A stretch of DNA of 26,107 nt from Bdellovibrionota bacterium (GTDB taxonomy: Bacteria > Bdellovibrionota_C > UBA2361 > OMII01), in NCBI GenBank assembly GCA_044356215.1, contig JBIKWQ010000050.1:1-26107 (forward strand). Reading direction: 5' to 3'. This document shows positions 1 to 8,163 of the stretch, one piece after another. Position 1 is the first letter of the stretch; the number at the start of each line of letters is the position of its first letter. The translations under genes and the position numbers were made by a program. The notes beneath the pieces were generated by a model. It worked only from the letters and a program-made list of their open reading frames with translations. It had not been told where the DNA came from and did no database searches.

Positions 1-51
1 AGAGGGGGGAATATAATTTAATCGTGGCCTGGCTGACTCTTTGGGTTATAA

Positions 52-131
52 CCTCTGTGATACTCTGTGTACCTCTGTGGTTTTATCCCTATCCGTAACA
101 TCTAGAATGGAACCGCAGAGGATCACAGAGG
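52..131. repeat. CACAGAG/CTCTGTG-type short periodic palindromic repeat arms (REP-like, family A)
   Basis: cctctgtgatactctgtgtacctctgtggtt (52-82) and opposite-sense aaccgcagaggatcacagagg (111-131). Same motif family as the perfect hairpin at 8078-8163. Confidence 0.7.
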
Positions 132-154
132 CTAGGATTAAAGGAGCATCTTTC

Positions 155-177
155 GGAGCGCGGCGCTCCCGCGCCGC
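155..177 (+). repeat. GGAG-initiated REP-like hairpin
   Basis: ggagc followed by the stem gcggcgc-tccc-gcgccgc (160-177): a 5' tetranucleotide plus GC stem, the general REP architecture. Confidence 0.45.
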
Positions 178-301
178 TTAGTGTGGGCTTGCCCTAGGCT
201 TGGTTATCGCTATTCCCCCGTAACAGCTATTCATCGCTCCGTGGCCCCCTTACCTAAAAATAGCTTATTTGATGCAAACTCTATTTAGGGACTGACCAGA
301 T

Positions 302-363
302 AGGTGCAGGATGGAGAGAAGGATTAGGAGAAAAACATGTAAAGCCTATTTAGGCATTGACCC
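302..363 (+). repeat. Partial copy (purine-rich right arm and tail) of intergenic repeat family B
   Basis: The 62 nt align gaplessly with 19069-19130 with 4 mismatches (hand alignment). Confidence 0.9.
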
Positions 364-453
364 CAGTCTCCTAGGTTAGCCCGATGAAATCTGTTATGCT
401 GCTGGTCCTGCCCATATACGAAGCAAAGAAGGCTGCTTTTAGGGCATTAAACG

Positions 454-1440
454 ATGAATTTTGGGACAGTTAAGGTTGTCGGAGTGTTAGAAGACAAGGG
501 TGGTGACAATCGCGAAATAGGCGGCTTAGGGCAACCTGAGTCCGACATAAAATTACCACCCGCTTGCTCTGAATCTGTTTCTGATTCCATGTGGCCGGCG
601 ATACCTGACAAGTCGCTATCGAAAAATAGTATCTCTCCCGAATCACACCTGAAAACATCACCCACCGGCGGCCGATTCGAGATATCCACGACTTCAGAGT
701 CCCACGCTCTCGAAGCACCTCCAACAAAAGCATTCTCTCCGGGTTACTTTTTACGAGATCTTACAGAGGCGATCGAGAGTGGTCTGAATCACTTAACTGC
801 GATCTATAAAAAGATCCCTTTGACGCAGCCCCTAAAGAACGTGATAGCGGCTGCTACAGGTTTATCGCTTGCGGCGGCAGCCATCGCCGATCCCATTTTC
901 GCTACAGGCGTCGCCGCTATATGTTTCTGGCAGGCCGCGCTCCGATTTGAGAAAAATAATCACGGCCGGGCGATAGCGCTAGTCGGAAGCACTTTTTATA
1001 CCTTGCACATGTCAGCTCTTGGTTTTCATGATCTCGTCGTGTGCAACTTGTCAGGCAACGCGAGATCGATCATTCAATCAATGATCGCGGACGACAAATC
1101 AAAGGCACGTGTCTTAACAGCGACTCTCGGATTCGCCGGAACTGTAGGTGTATACTCGGCTATTACCGATATCTTCCCGCTCTTTTCCTTAAACAATGTA
1201 CCACTTGTAAACCTAGGAATCGGCGCGCTCAGTGGAGCGTTTAGTCAGAAATACAGCTGGGCCAGCCGAGGTGTCGGTCTTACCGGTTGCCTATTATCTC
1301 TCTTTTATCACGCGCAAGTAACATGCTCTGCCACAGGATTTATCGCCACTGCCCTGTTCATCCCCGGCATCGCCTGGTCGATCTGGGCGTATGATATAGC
1401 AAAGAAAAAAGAGCTCCCGACTCAACAGTCAGCGACATAA
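454..1440 (+). CDS. YgjV-like inner membrane protein with a long disordered N-terminal extension
   Basis: 328-aa ORF. The C-terminal ~190 aa contain several hydrophobic helices with YgjV-like motifs (FYTLHMSALG..NLSGNARS; SRGVGLTGCLLSLFYH..SATGFI). The first ~95 aa are S/P/E-rich. Start codon uncertain. Confidence 0.6.
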   Translation: MNFGTVKVVGVLEDKGGDNREIGGLGQPESDIKLPPACSESVSDSMWPAIPDKSLSKNSISPESHLKTSPTGGRFEISTTSESHALEAPPTKAFSPGYFLRDLTEAIESGLNHLTAIYKKIPLTQPLKNVIAAATGLSLAAAAIADPIFATGVAAICFWQAALRFEKNNHGRAIALVGSTFYTLHMSALGFHDLVVCNLSGNARSIIQSMIADDKSKARVLTATLGFAGTVGVYSAITDIFPLFSLNNVPLVNLGIGALSGAFSQKYSWASRGVGLTGCLLSLFYHAQVTCSATGFIATALFIPGIAWSIWAYDIAKKKELPTQQSAT

Positions 1441-1477
1441 TGCGCAAAACCTAAAATATCCCACCTGCAAAGGATGA

Positions 1478-1554
1478 CCCGCCACAAACGAGCGAAGCAA
1501 GTAGCAGTAAGTCGAAGTACGGCCCGCCATGAGCGAGCAAAGCGAGTCGAATGG
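1478..1554 (+). repeat. REP-like palindrome pair (CCCGCCATGAGCGAGCAAAGCGAGTCGAATGG plus a degenerate upstream copy)
   Basis: cccgcca...cgagc(g/a)aagc...agtcgaa occurs twice (about 1478-1518 and 1523-1554) between convergent genes. The second copy is closed by ccat/atgg. Confidence 0.55.
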
Positions 1555-1587
1555 ACCCCCCGAACTCATCACTTCGAACGACGCGCT

Positions 1588-2256
1588 CTAAACCACCGCC
1601 CGATTCTTAATCCGCTCTTTAACAGAATCAAGCGCTATCGCCGCTAAGACAAGCACGCCAAATAATACACGTCTTAGATAAGGATCTACCGCCAACACAG
1701 TCAGGCCCGTACTGATAACAGATAACAAAAGAACACCGGGTATCAGATTTATAATCCTCCCCTTTCCTCCAGTCAGGCTTATCCCCGCTAAAACAGCGCC
1801 AGCAAAAGCCATAAAAACAGAATCGTCAGCGACCTCTGGAGAGTATGAAGCGCTGTATCCTGTAAACAGAAAACCTGCGAGTCCAGCGAACAAACCTGAG
1901 CCGATAAACGCGGCCGCCTGATAATTACGAGGTGTTACCCCCATAAGAAAAGCCGCCGCTGGATTGCTTCCCACCGCCCGAAAGCGCAGCCCCCATTTAG
2001 TGAGACTTATCGTTAAATGCGCTAACAAGAGACACGCCAAAAAGAATCCGATTGATAGCCAGCGGCTCTCACCTATCAACACATAAGCGGCTGGTAGGTC
2101 GATAACAACATCGTGATTTATGATTAGCTGCAGCCCATCAAAAACTAGAAACGTTCCTAGAGTGACTAGGAAAGCGTTCAGCCCAAGTCCACATACCAAG
2201 AACGCGTTTAGGCATCCGCACGCTGCGCCCACCAAAGCTGGAACGTCGCAACTCAC
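1588..2256 (-). pseudogene. 5'-truncated sugar ABC transporter permease (RbsC-like, BPD_transp_2 type)
   Basis: Motifs GxxNAFLV..LNAFLVTLGT, TKWGLRFRAVGSNPAAAFLMGV and AGAVLAGISLTGGKG. The ORF begins mid-protein, has an in-frame TAG about 11 codons upstream, and has no ATPase or binding-protein genes nearby. Confidence 0.7.
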
Positions 2257-2310
2257 GCACTTGGCCCCAATTCCAAATCTATTTCCCTAACGCTCACCGA
2301 CAAAATAGTT

Positions 2311-2316
2311 TATAAT
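2311..2316 (+). promoter_or_regulatory. Perfect -10 hexamer 6 nt before the MFS ATG (candidate leaderless promoter)
   Basis: TATAAT-ctcccg-ATG (ATG at 2323), with no SD present. Confidence 0.55.
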
Positions 2317-2322
2317 CTCCCG

Positions 2323-3519
2323 ATGCCACTCTCCCGAAACATCCCCATCGCCGCGTTAAGATCGTTTTTCGCGATGTTCATGCTGGCTATTCCGGTGCTT
2401 GTGCCGTATTGGCGCTCACTCGGATTAAGCATGCGCGAGACCCTTGAACTTCAGGCGCTGTTTGGCCTCTCTGTCGTACTCTTAGAGGTTCCCACCGGGT
2501 ATATCGCCGACATTTTCGGCAGGAAGGTCTCCGTAGTAATTGGCGGCTTCATCGCCGGCTGCGCGTTCTCCTACTTGCCGTTTGCTACCACTTATTTCAC
2601 CTTAGTGATCTTTGAAGTCACTATCGCGCTAGCCTTTACCCTAGTCTCAGGAGCCGAAGACGCTATCCTCTATGAATCGCTCCCTGTTGGGGGTGATAGG
2701 CGCAGGATTTTAGGCTCTTTTAAATTCTGGAGCTTGGCCGGCGAAACATGTTCAGCTCTGCTTGCGGGAGTTCTCGTTGTTTATTCGTTCGAGACGGTTT
2801 TATGGACTCAAGCGTTCACCGGATGGATTCCATTTATCTGCGCCCTATTTCTAGTTGAGCCGCCACGCCCAAAGATGAGGGAGAACACACACAGAGAGAG
2901 ACTACTAGCCGTTGTGCGCCAGGTCTTTATCAATGACCCATTAACACGGCTTGTTTTTATCAACTACGTTATCTGGGCTCTATCTAGCTTCTGTGTCGTG
3001 TGGCTACAGCAGGAGTACTGGTTACAGCTCGGAGTTCCCCTCTCATACTTTGGAGCGATATGGGCGGGACTGGTGATGACATCAGCTATCTTTAGCAGGT
3101 TAGCACACCTGGTTGAGCATCTACTCGGCGCGGCGTGCACCCTAGCATTCATCGCTTTAGCGCCGGTAATTGGATACATCTGTATGGGATACGGCTCGCC
3201 TTCTGTGGGTCTCGCGGCGGGCCTATTGTTCTACTTTACAAGGGCGATGACCTACGTGGTCTATCAGGACGCCTTTAACTGGAGGATCCCATCAACCTAT
3301 CGAGCGACCGCGAATTCTCTGCAGAGCCTCTGCTTTAGGCTAGTATTCGTGCCGATCGCGCCAATCATTGGACAGGTCACTGACGCCAAAGGTCTATCGA
3401 CGGTCTTTACTGGATTGGCTATCGCTTTTACTGTGTGCGGAGTTGTTTTTTTGATACCTCTTATAAAGAGGCTTGAGGAGCTGCATGTTGAGGAGATACC
3501 GGTGGTGGGGGTGGGATAG
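2323..3519 (+). CDS. Major facilitator superfamily transporter
   Basis: 398 aa, about 12 TM segments, motif A-like EVPTGYIADIFGRK, SGAEDAILYESL and RATANS. Confidence 0.9.
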   Translation: MPLSRNIPIAALRSFFAMFMLAIPVLVPYWRSLGLSMRETLELQALFGLSVVLLEVPTGYIADIFGRKVSVVIGGFIAGCAFSYLPFATTYFTLVIFEVTIALAFTLVSGAEDAILYESLPVGGDRRRILGSFKFWSLAGETCSALLAGVLVVYSFETVLWTQAFTGWIPFICALFLVEPPRPKMRENTHRERLLAVVRQVFINDPLTRLVFINYVIWALSSFCVVWLQQEYWLQLGVPLSYFGAIWAGLVMTSAIFSRLAHLVEHLLGAACTLAFIALAPVIGYICMGYGSPSVGLAAGLLFYFTRAMTYVVYQDAFNWRIPSTYRATANSLQSLCFRLVFVPIAPIIGQVTDAKGLSTVFTGLAIAFTVCGVVFLIPLIKRLEELHVEEIPVVGVG

Positions 3520-3552
3520 CTGGATCCACCTAAAGCACGGTAGCAAGAACCT

Positions 3553-3810
3553 TAGGGAAGGCCGGCAAAACCCCTCCCTACTGCGAAAGCGGATCTTGAG
3601 CCGCTCTGCGAGTTTTCGAGATGGAAAAAAATCCTCAATGTATCGCAGTGGATACATCTCCGGCCTTCGCTAAAGCTACGGCCGGCGAGGCTTTTGTCGG
3701 ACCAGACGTAGCCTTGGCGTAGTCTGGTGCGGTTTTTTCCCATCTCGAAAATCGAATATCAACTCAACCTCCACTTTCTCGCTACGGGTAGGTTTTGCCG
3801 GCCTTCCCTA
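3553..3810. mobile_element. MITE (258 bp including the flanking TA) with perfect 20-bp terminal inverted repeats
   Basis: tagggaaggccggcaaaacc (3553-3572) / ggttttgccggccttcccta (3791-3810). Inner IR ttttcgagatgg (3613-3624) / ccatctcgaaaa (3740-3751). TA at both ends. No transposase. Confidence 0.85.
3660..3727. repeat. Inverted REP-like doublet nested in the MITE
   Basis: ccggccttcgctaaagctacggccgg (3660-3685) and ccagacgtagccttggcgtagtctgg (3702-3727). Each is self-complementary at its ends, and the two cores are near reverse complements. Confidence 0.75.
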
Positions 3811-3849
3811 GCCCTACTCAAAGCATCCCCAACAAAACAGCCGCCAAAA

Positions 3850-4104
3850 CTAAAAGCGCCTTGAGTAGACACCATCTAGAACCGACAGATTCCGACAAAA
3901 CAACATAGCTACCACCCGCCAAATCCCCTGACCAAAAAACACAAATATACCGCCCCATACAAGACTCAGGCTCATTAGCTGCTGCGGGGTCGTAGATGCA
4001 CCAAAGTAAAAGACAGACGTCACCAGGGTAAGAGTTGGCGTGGCATACTGGATTAATCCGACCGCTTTCAGCGGAATAAGTCTCATCCCATGAGCTAAGA
4101 GAGC
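3850..4104 (-). pseudogene. rarD: C-terminal fragment of a RarD-like (EamA/DMT) permease
   Basis: ALLAHGMRLIPLKAVGLIQYATPTLTLVTSVFYFG...LSLVWGGI matches the RarD C-terminal pattern (RLPLSxxGxxQYxxPTL). Only about 85 of roughly 300 aa are present. Confidence 0.7.
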
Positions 4105-4223
4105 GCTTCGCGGGTTACATCCGCGACATCGATTACCTCATGGTCAAGCGCGACCTGTTTCACCGAACGCCGAGATGTCTCTATGAGGCACTTCTTGAGC
4201 GAGATGTGAAAGCGGCGGCGTAA
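4101..4223 (+). pseudogene. Probable 3' fragment of an unidentified gene
   Basis: Open frame with GC3-rich codons: ERFAGYIRDIDYLMVKRDLFHRTPRCLYEALLERDVKAAA*, ending TAA at 4221-4223. It has no upstream start and abuts the rarD break point. Confidence 0.4.
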
Positions 4224-4229
4224 CCACTC

Positions 4230-4613
4230 CTACATCATCCGACCAAATCCAGACTCTATGCCTTTCCTGCGATTCCTTTTAGCTTCCTCTTTGCGGAGCT
4301 TCTCCTCTTCGCGTTTCTTCTCTCTTTCCTCGATCTTTTTCTTGCGCTCCTCTTGAGCTTTTTCGCGCTTCTCAATCTGCTCCTGGCGCCGCTTCTCAGC
4401 CAACTGCTTCTTGTCGAGAACAGGAACAGGTGTCGGGGTCATAACCTGCTCTCTATAACGCGGCGGCACCTGATTGACGCTCTCAACAAAGTGGATATTC
4501 CCAGAGGAGTCCATATACCTAAATTGCTGCGCTTCAACTCCGGATGAACAGAGCGATGAGGCGACAGCTATGAAGAGAGCTATGACGACAGTGCTGAGAT
4601 TTAAATTGCGCAT
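4230..4613 (-). CDS. Secreted DUF4124-domain protein with a charged coiled-coil tail
   Basis: Signal peptide ending VEA-Q, then FRYMDSSGNIHFVES..VPPRYR (DUF4124-like), then an E/K/R-rich tail. Confidence 0.75.
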   Translation of the reverse strand: MRNLNLSTVVIALFIAVASSLCSSGVEAQQFRYMDSSGNIHFVESVNQVPPRYREQVMTPTPVPVLDKKQLAEKRRQEQIEKREKAQEERKKKIEEREKKREEEKLRKEEAKRNRRKGIESGFGRMM

Positions 4614-4630
4614 ATTTATCTGTGATAAAT

Positions 4631-6487
4631 CTAGGCTTTATTTAATGATACCACAATTTTCCGAGCCAATGTAACTGGCATCTTGCCTATCTTTGAGATC
4701 TCCTCAGGCGCGGCCTCGCCGATCTTATCTACAGTTTTAAAATGCCTGAGTAAGCGCCTCCGCATCTCAGGAGAAACCCCAGATACGGTATCAAGCCTAG
4801 TTTGAAAAACTCGTTTAGCCCTCTTTTCTCGGTGAAAAGTTATAACGAAACGGTGAACCTCATCCCTTATGCGGCTTAAGAATCTCGTTAGAGGAGCTCC
4901 TTCTTCAAGTAATAGTGACTCATCCCTTCCTGGAATAAACAGCCTTTCTGGTTTACGTGTTATATCCGCTGACATAACTTCGCTTTCAGTTCGCATCTTA
5001 GCTAATGCTACTATCTCTACCCCAAGCCCCAACTCATCACGCGCCTGGAGCGCCATCGAAAGCTGCCCCGCGCCACCATCGATCACAAGTAGGTCCGGCA
5101 GAGAATTCTCAGCGGCACCCCGCTTTAACCTCCTTGATACAACCTCGTAAATCGAGGAGAAATCGTTTGGCGCGTCGAAACGCTCAAGGTTGTATCTCCT
5201 GTACGAGCTTTTATCAGCCACACCATCAAAGAAAACGACTACCGCCCCTACTGTGTCCGAGCCTTGGAAATTCGATATATCAACACACTCAACGCGCCTT
5301 GGGCTCTGTCTTAATCCCAAAGTGTCGCGGAGCGCCGCGGCTACTACATCCCACTCAGATTCCTTCGTACGGGAGCCCGCGAAGGCGTGGCGTGCGTTAA
5401 GCGCGGCCATATCAAGCAGCCTAGCCTTTGAGCCACGCTGCGCGTATACCACATCTACCTTACCTCCGCGCCTCGCGGCTAATCCAGCCTCTATCAGAGA
5501 TGCGTTTGTCAACTCAAATGGCACGATTATTTCACACGGGATCTCACGCCCACCGTCGTAGAACTGCTGAACTACAGCTTCAATCAACTCCTCATCAGAA
5601 ACCGCAACATCGTGCAGAATAAAAGGTTTGCTCTCAGATATTCGTCCATGCCTCACTAGCAGAACGCAGACTGCAGCGCTGTCGCCCTCTCGCACAAGCC
5701 CAAAGACATCTCGGTTTTCGCCCCTAAAAGTGATTAATGAATGTCCGGCCTGGAAGTTCTCTAAGATATCTATCCTATCACGCCAAGCTGCCGCCTCTTC
5801 AAATCTGAGATCTTCCGCGGCATGTTCCATCTTTTGAGTGAGCTTCTTAACGGTGCTGGCTGTTTTTCCCTCAATAATTGAGATCGCTTGTTTTAGGAGG
5901 TCGCGATACTCATCCTGAGCTACCGCCAAACAACACGGCGCGCAACACCGCTTAATCTGATACTCCAAGCAGGGGCGCTGTCGGTTGTATAGCACCGCAT
6001 CGGAACACGTTCTAAGTGGAATCACCTTGCGAATCACCTCTAGTAGATTGCGTAGCTCTCCACTAAAGGCGAACGGCCCATAATAAGTCGCCCCATCATT
6101 CTCAGGGCGTCTAATCAGCTCAAGCCTCGGCCACTCCGCTCTCTCATCAACTCGTATCGAGAGGTAGCTCTTGTCGTCTTTCAATCGGATGTTGTAACGC
6201 GGCTTGTACTTAGTGATCAGATCGCGCTCTAGCAGAAAAGCCTGTTCCTCGCTCTGCGTAACGATAGTCTCAAATGACTCAACACGCCTTAGTAGAAACT
6301 CAATCTGATAACGACCATCACCACCTGTGAAGTACGTTTTAAGTCTAGCTTTGAGGCTCTTAGCTTTACCTACATATATCACTACCTGCGCGTTATCTCG
6401 CATCAGATACACTCCAGGCTCAACTGGGGCGTTAAGAGCCTGGAGACGTAGCAGCTCTATTCGATCATCGAAGGCTTGATCGTTCAT
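4631..6487 (-). CDS. uvrC: Excinuclease ABC subunit UvrC
   Basis: GIY-YIG PGVYLM..IYVGKAKSL, PRYNIRLKDDKSY, Cys cluster, UVR domain FEEAAAWRD, VECVDISN, PDLLVIDGGAGQL, RDEVHRF and a C-terminal HhH. Confidence 0.97.
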   Translation of the reverse strand: MNDQAFDDRIELLRLQALNAPVEPGVYLMRDNAQVVIYVGKAKSLKARLKTYFTGGDGRYQIEFLLRRVESFETIVTQSEEQAFLLERDLITKYKPRYNIRLKDDKSYLSIRVDERAEWPRLELIRRPENDGATYYGPFAFSGELRNLLEVIRKVIPLRTCSDAVLYNRQRPCLEYQIKRCCAPCCLAVAQDEYRDLLKQAISIIEGKTASTVKKLTQKMEHAAEDLRFEEAAAWRDRIDILENFQAGHSLITFRGENRDVFGLVREGDSAAVCVLLVRHGRISESKPFILHDVAVSDEELIEAVVQQFYDGGREIPCEIIVPFELTNASLIEAGLAARRGGKVDVVYAQRGSKARLLDMAALNARHAFAGSRTKESEWDVVAAALRDTLGLRQSPRRVECVDISNFQGSDTVGAVVVFFDGVADKSSYRRYNLERFDAPNDFSSIYEVVSRRLKRGAAENSLPDLLVIDGGAGQLSMALQARDELGLGVEIVALAKMRTESEVMSADITRKPERLFIPGRDESLLLEEGAPLTRFLSRIRDEVHRFVITFHREKRAKRVFQTRLDTVSGVSPEMRRRLLRHFKTVDKIGEAAPEEISKIGKMPVTLARKIVVSLNKA

Positions 6488-7536
6488 ATACGCGCGACCT
6501 TATCGACCCTAGCGTTTAAGCGATATCCTTGAATCGCCCGCTCTACAGAGACAAAAAAAGCATCGGCTGGATATACCTGAGCTTTAACAGACAAGACCGC
6601 GAAGCGTTGTCTTAATTCATGTGGCAGATCGCCTAACTTCACAGCGTCCTTAGCGGTGCATACAAAGAGAAGCTCTGGAAACCTCCCGAGGATCTCACGG
6701 ATCTCAGCTTCACCGAATACATGATGATCCGGAAACACAAAGCGCTCACGAATAACAAATCCCAAACTATCAAGGGAACTAAAGAACCCATCAGGATTGC
6801 CGATCGCCGCTAAAGCGCAGATCTGACTCGGCGCAACATCCCTATCCCCTTCTAAAGTTCTGACCCCGTCCAAGCTCAAACTCGAACGGAAGACTGCTGC
6901 TGATTCAGGTAGCAGCGCCGAAACATTTGAATCAATCTCTTTTGTCTTACCGGCAGCATCGAGTGACCTAGATGAAAGCACAATAACTTGAGCTCTTTTA
7001 AGCGCTCTATCTCTACTCTCTCTAAACATCCCCAAAGGCAGAAGAGCTCCGCCACGGAAATCCTCAATCGCGCGCTCTGAACCCACAAAGACCGAGACTA
7101 TATCGAGCACACGCGACAACGCTCTATGCTGGAAACCATCATCGAGGATCACTACGTTTATACTCTGGTCTTGCTCAATCAGTTTGATCCCCGCGACTCT
7201 CTTTCTAGCTATGAACACTGGAGTACCTGAGCGAGCCATTAATACAGGTTCATCTCCAACGTCTCGGTAAGCATCAGAAGCCTTAACCCTGTATGGGCCT
7301 TTGCGCGATCCTCCGTAGCCACGAGACAGGATTGCCGGAGTATATCCACGCTTACGAAGCTCATCAGCCAAGGCGAGACACAACGGTGTCTTGCCGTTTC
7401 CACCAGCCGTCACGTTTCCTACACTGATGACAGGAAGAGCACTCCGATAGCTTTTAAAGTATCCCTTATCGTAGAGAAAGCCACGAACAGTAACGATTAC
7501 GCCGTATAAAAATGAGAGAATTCTCTTAATCAGCAT
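6484..7536 (-). CDS. lpxK: Tetraacyldisaccharide 4'-kinase
   Basis: PVISVGNVTAGGNGKTP, LSRGYGG, GDEP, LDDGFQH, FPDHH and TAKDAVK. ATGA overlap with uvrC. Confidence 0.97.
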   Translation of the reverse strand: MLIKRILSFLYGVIVTVRGFLYDKGYFKSYRSALPVISVGNVTAGGNGKTPLCLALADELRKRGYTPAILSRGYGGSRKGPYRVKASDAYRDVGDEPVLMARSGTPVFIARKRVAGIKLIEQDQSINVVILDDGFQHRALSRVLDIVSVFVGSERAIEDFRGGALLPLGMFRESRDRALKRAQVIVLSSRSLDAAGKTKEIDSNVSALLPESAAVFRSSLSLDGVRTLEGDRDVAPSQICALAAIGNPDGFFSSLDSLGFVIRERFVFPDHHVFGEAEIREILGRFPELLFVCTAKDAVKLGDLPHELRQRFAVLSVKAQVYPADAFFVSVERAIQGYRLNARVDKVARI

Positions 7537-7574
7537 CAGTAACTACTCACCGGATTTTTTGGATCGTCCCAGTC

Positions 7575-7604
7575 ATTATATCGGCAAATGTCCTGTTTTC
7601 GCAC
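7575..7604 (-). promoter_or_regulatory. Outward-facing promoter candidate for lpxK-uvrC inside the element
   Basis: Minus-strand TATAAT (7575-7580) lies about 40 nt upstream of the lpxK ATG. Weak -35 GTGCGA at 18-nt spacing. SD-like GGTGAG overlaps the TIR. Confidence 0.5.
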
Positions 7605-7635
7605 TTCTTCTTTCTTGACACCCCCTGGTCGGTTC

Positions 7636-8011
7636 ACTATTACCCACAAGTAGTAGCTGAGGGGAAGATGTGTGGGTAATAATCTTGGATTTAGCTAAGT
7701 CCTGCCAGGCAGGACTCCACATCTTTTATAGTTAACCTCCCCCCTCGTTTCTCTCGCCGCTCTCTTTGCACAAAAAGGGTCCGCCGAGGTTTAAACAAAG
7801 AGGCCAGCGAGAAGGGACAGAGGGGGATACCGACGACGCGGCTTATACCTTCCCCTCACTGGCCTAGTTGCGAAAACGCTGCTTAGGAGTAACGAATTGC
7901 TCATTTTTTCACAAAGAGTAAAAGAGATCGGCGAGCCGGGAAAGGGTTTTACCTACTTGTTGTACCGGACACTCTCTGTGAAGACTTATCTCCCAGGATG
8001 TGGGTAATAGT
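7636..8011. repeat. Inner inverted-repeat-bounded, hairpin-rich segment (possible second nested element)
   Basis: actattacccaca (7636-7648) / tgtgggtaatagt (7999-8011), plus an extra tgtgggtaata at 7671-7681. Internal stems gtcctgcc-a-ggcaggac (7699-7715) and an imperfect ~30-bp IR at about 7740-7768 / 7796-7826. Confidence 0.6.
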
Positions 8012-8077
8012 CAGGCCCGGTCCAGGGCGTCGCAGTGTTTTTGGTAAGTTGCTGAGACAATTAGTAAAATATTTTTT

Positions 8078-8163
8078 ACCACAGAGGACGCAGAGGACAC
8101 AGAGAAAACCCCATAATTACCCATAAAATAGCCGTTCTCTGTGTCCTCTGCGTCCTCTGTGGT
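8078..8163. repeat. Perfect 29-bp inverted repeat with 9-nt periodic arms (family A)
   Basis: accacagaggacgcagaggacacagagaa (8078-8106) / ttctctgtgtcctctgcgtcctctgtggt (8135-8163), with a 28-nt spacer. Confidence 0.95.

Noticed and set aside
3394..3743. Short ORFs 3394-3657, 3473-3673 and 3552-3743
   Set aside because: They run through the palindromic MITE and overlap the MFS 3' end, with no protein-like features.
4112..4226. Possible structured RNA (ggttac/gtaacc, cctcat/atgagg pairings)
   Set aside because: The stems are short and scattered with no recognisable RNA family. An open GC3-rich frame ending in TAA explains the region at least as well.
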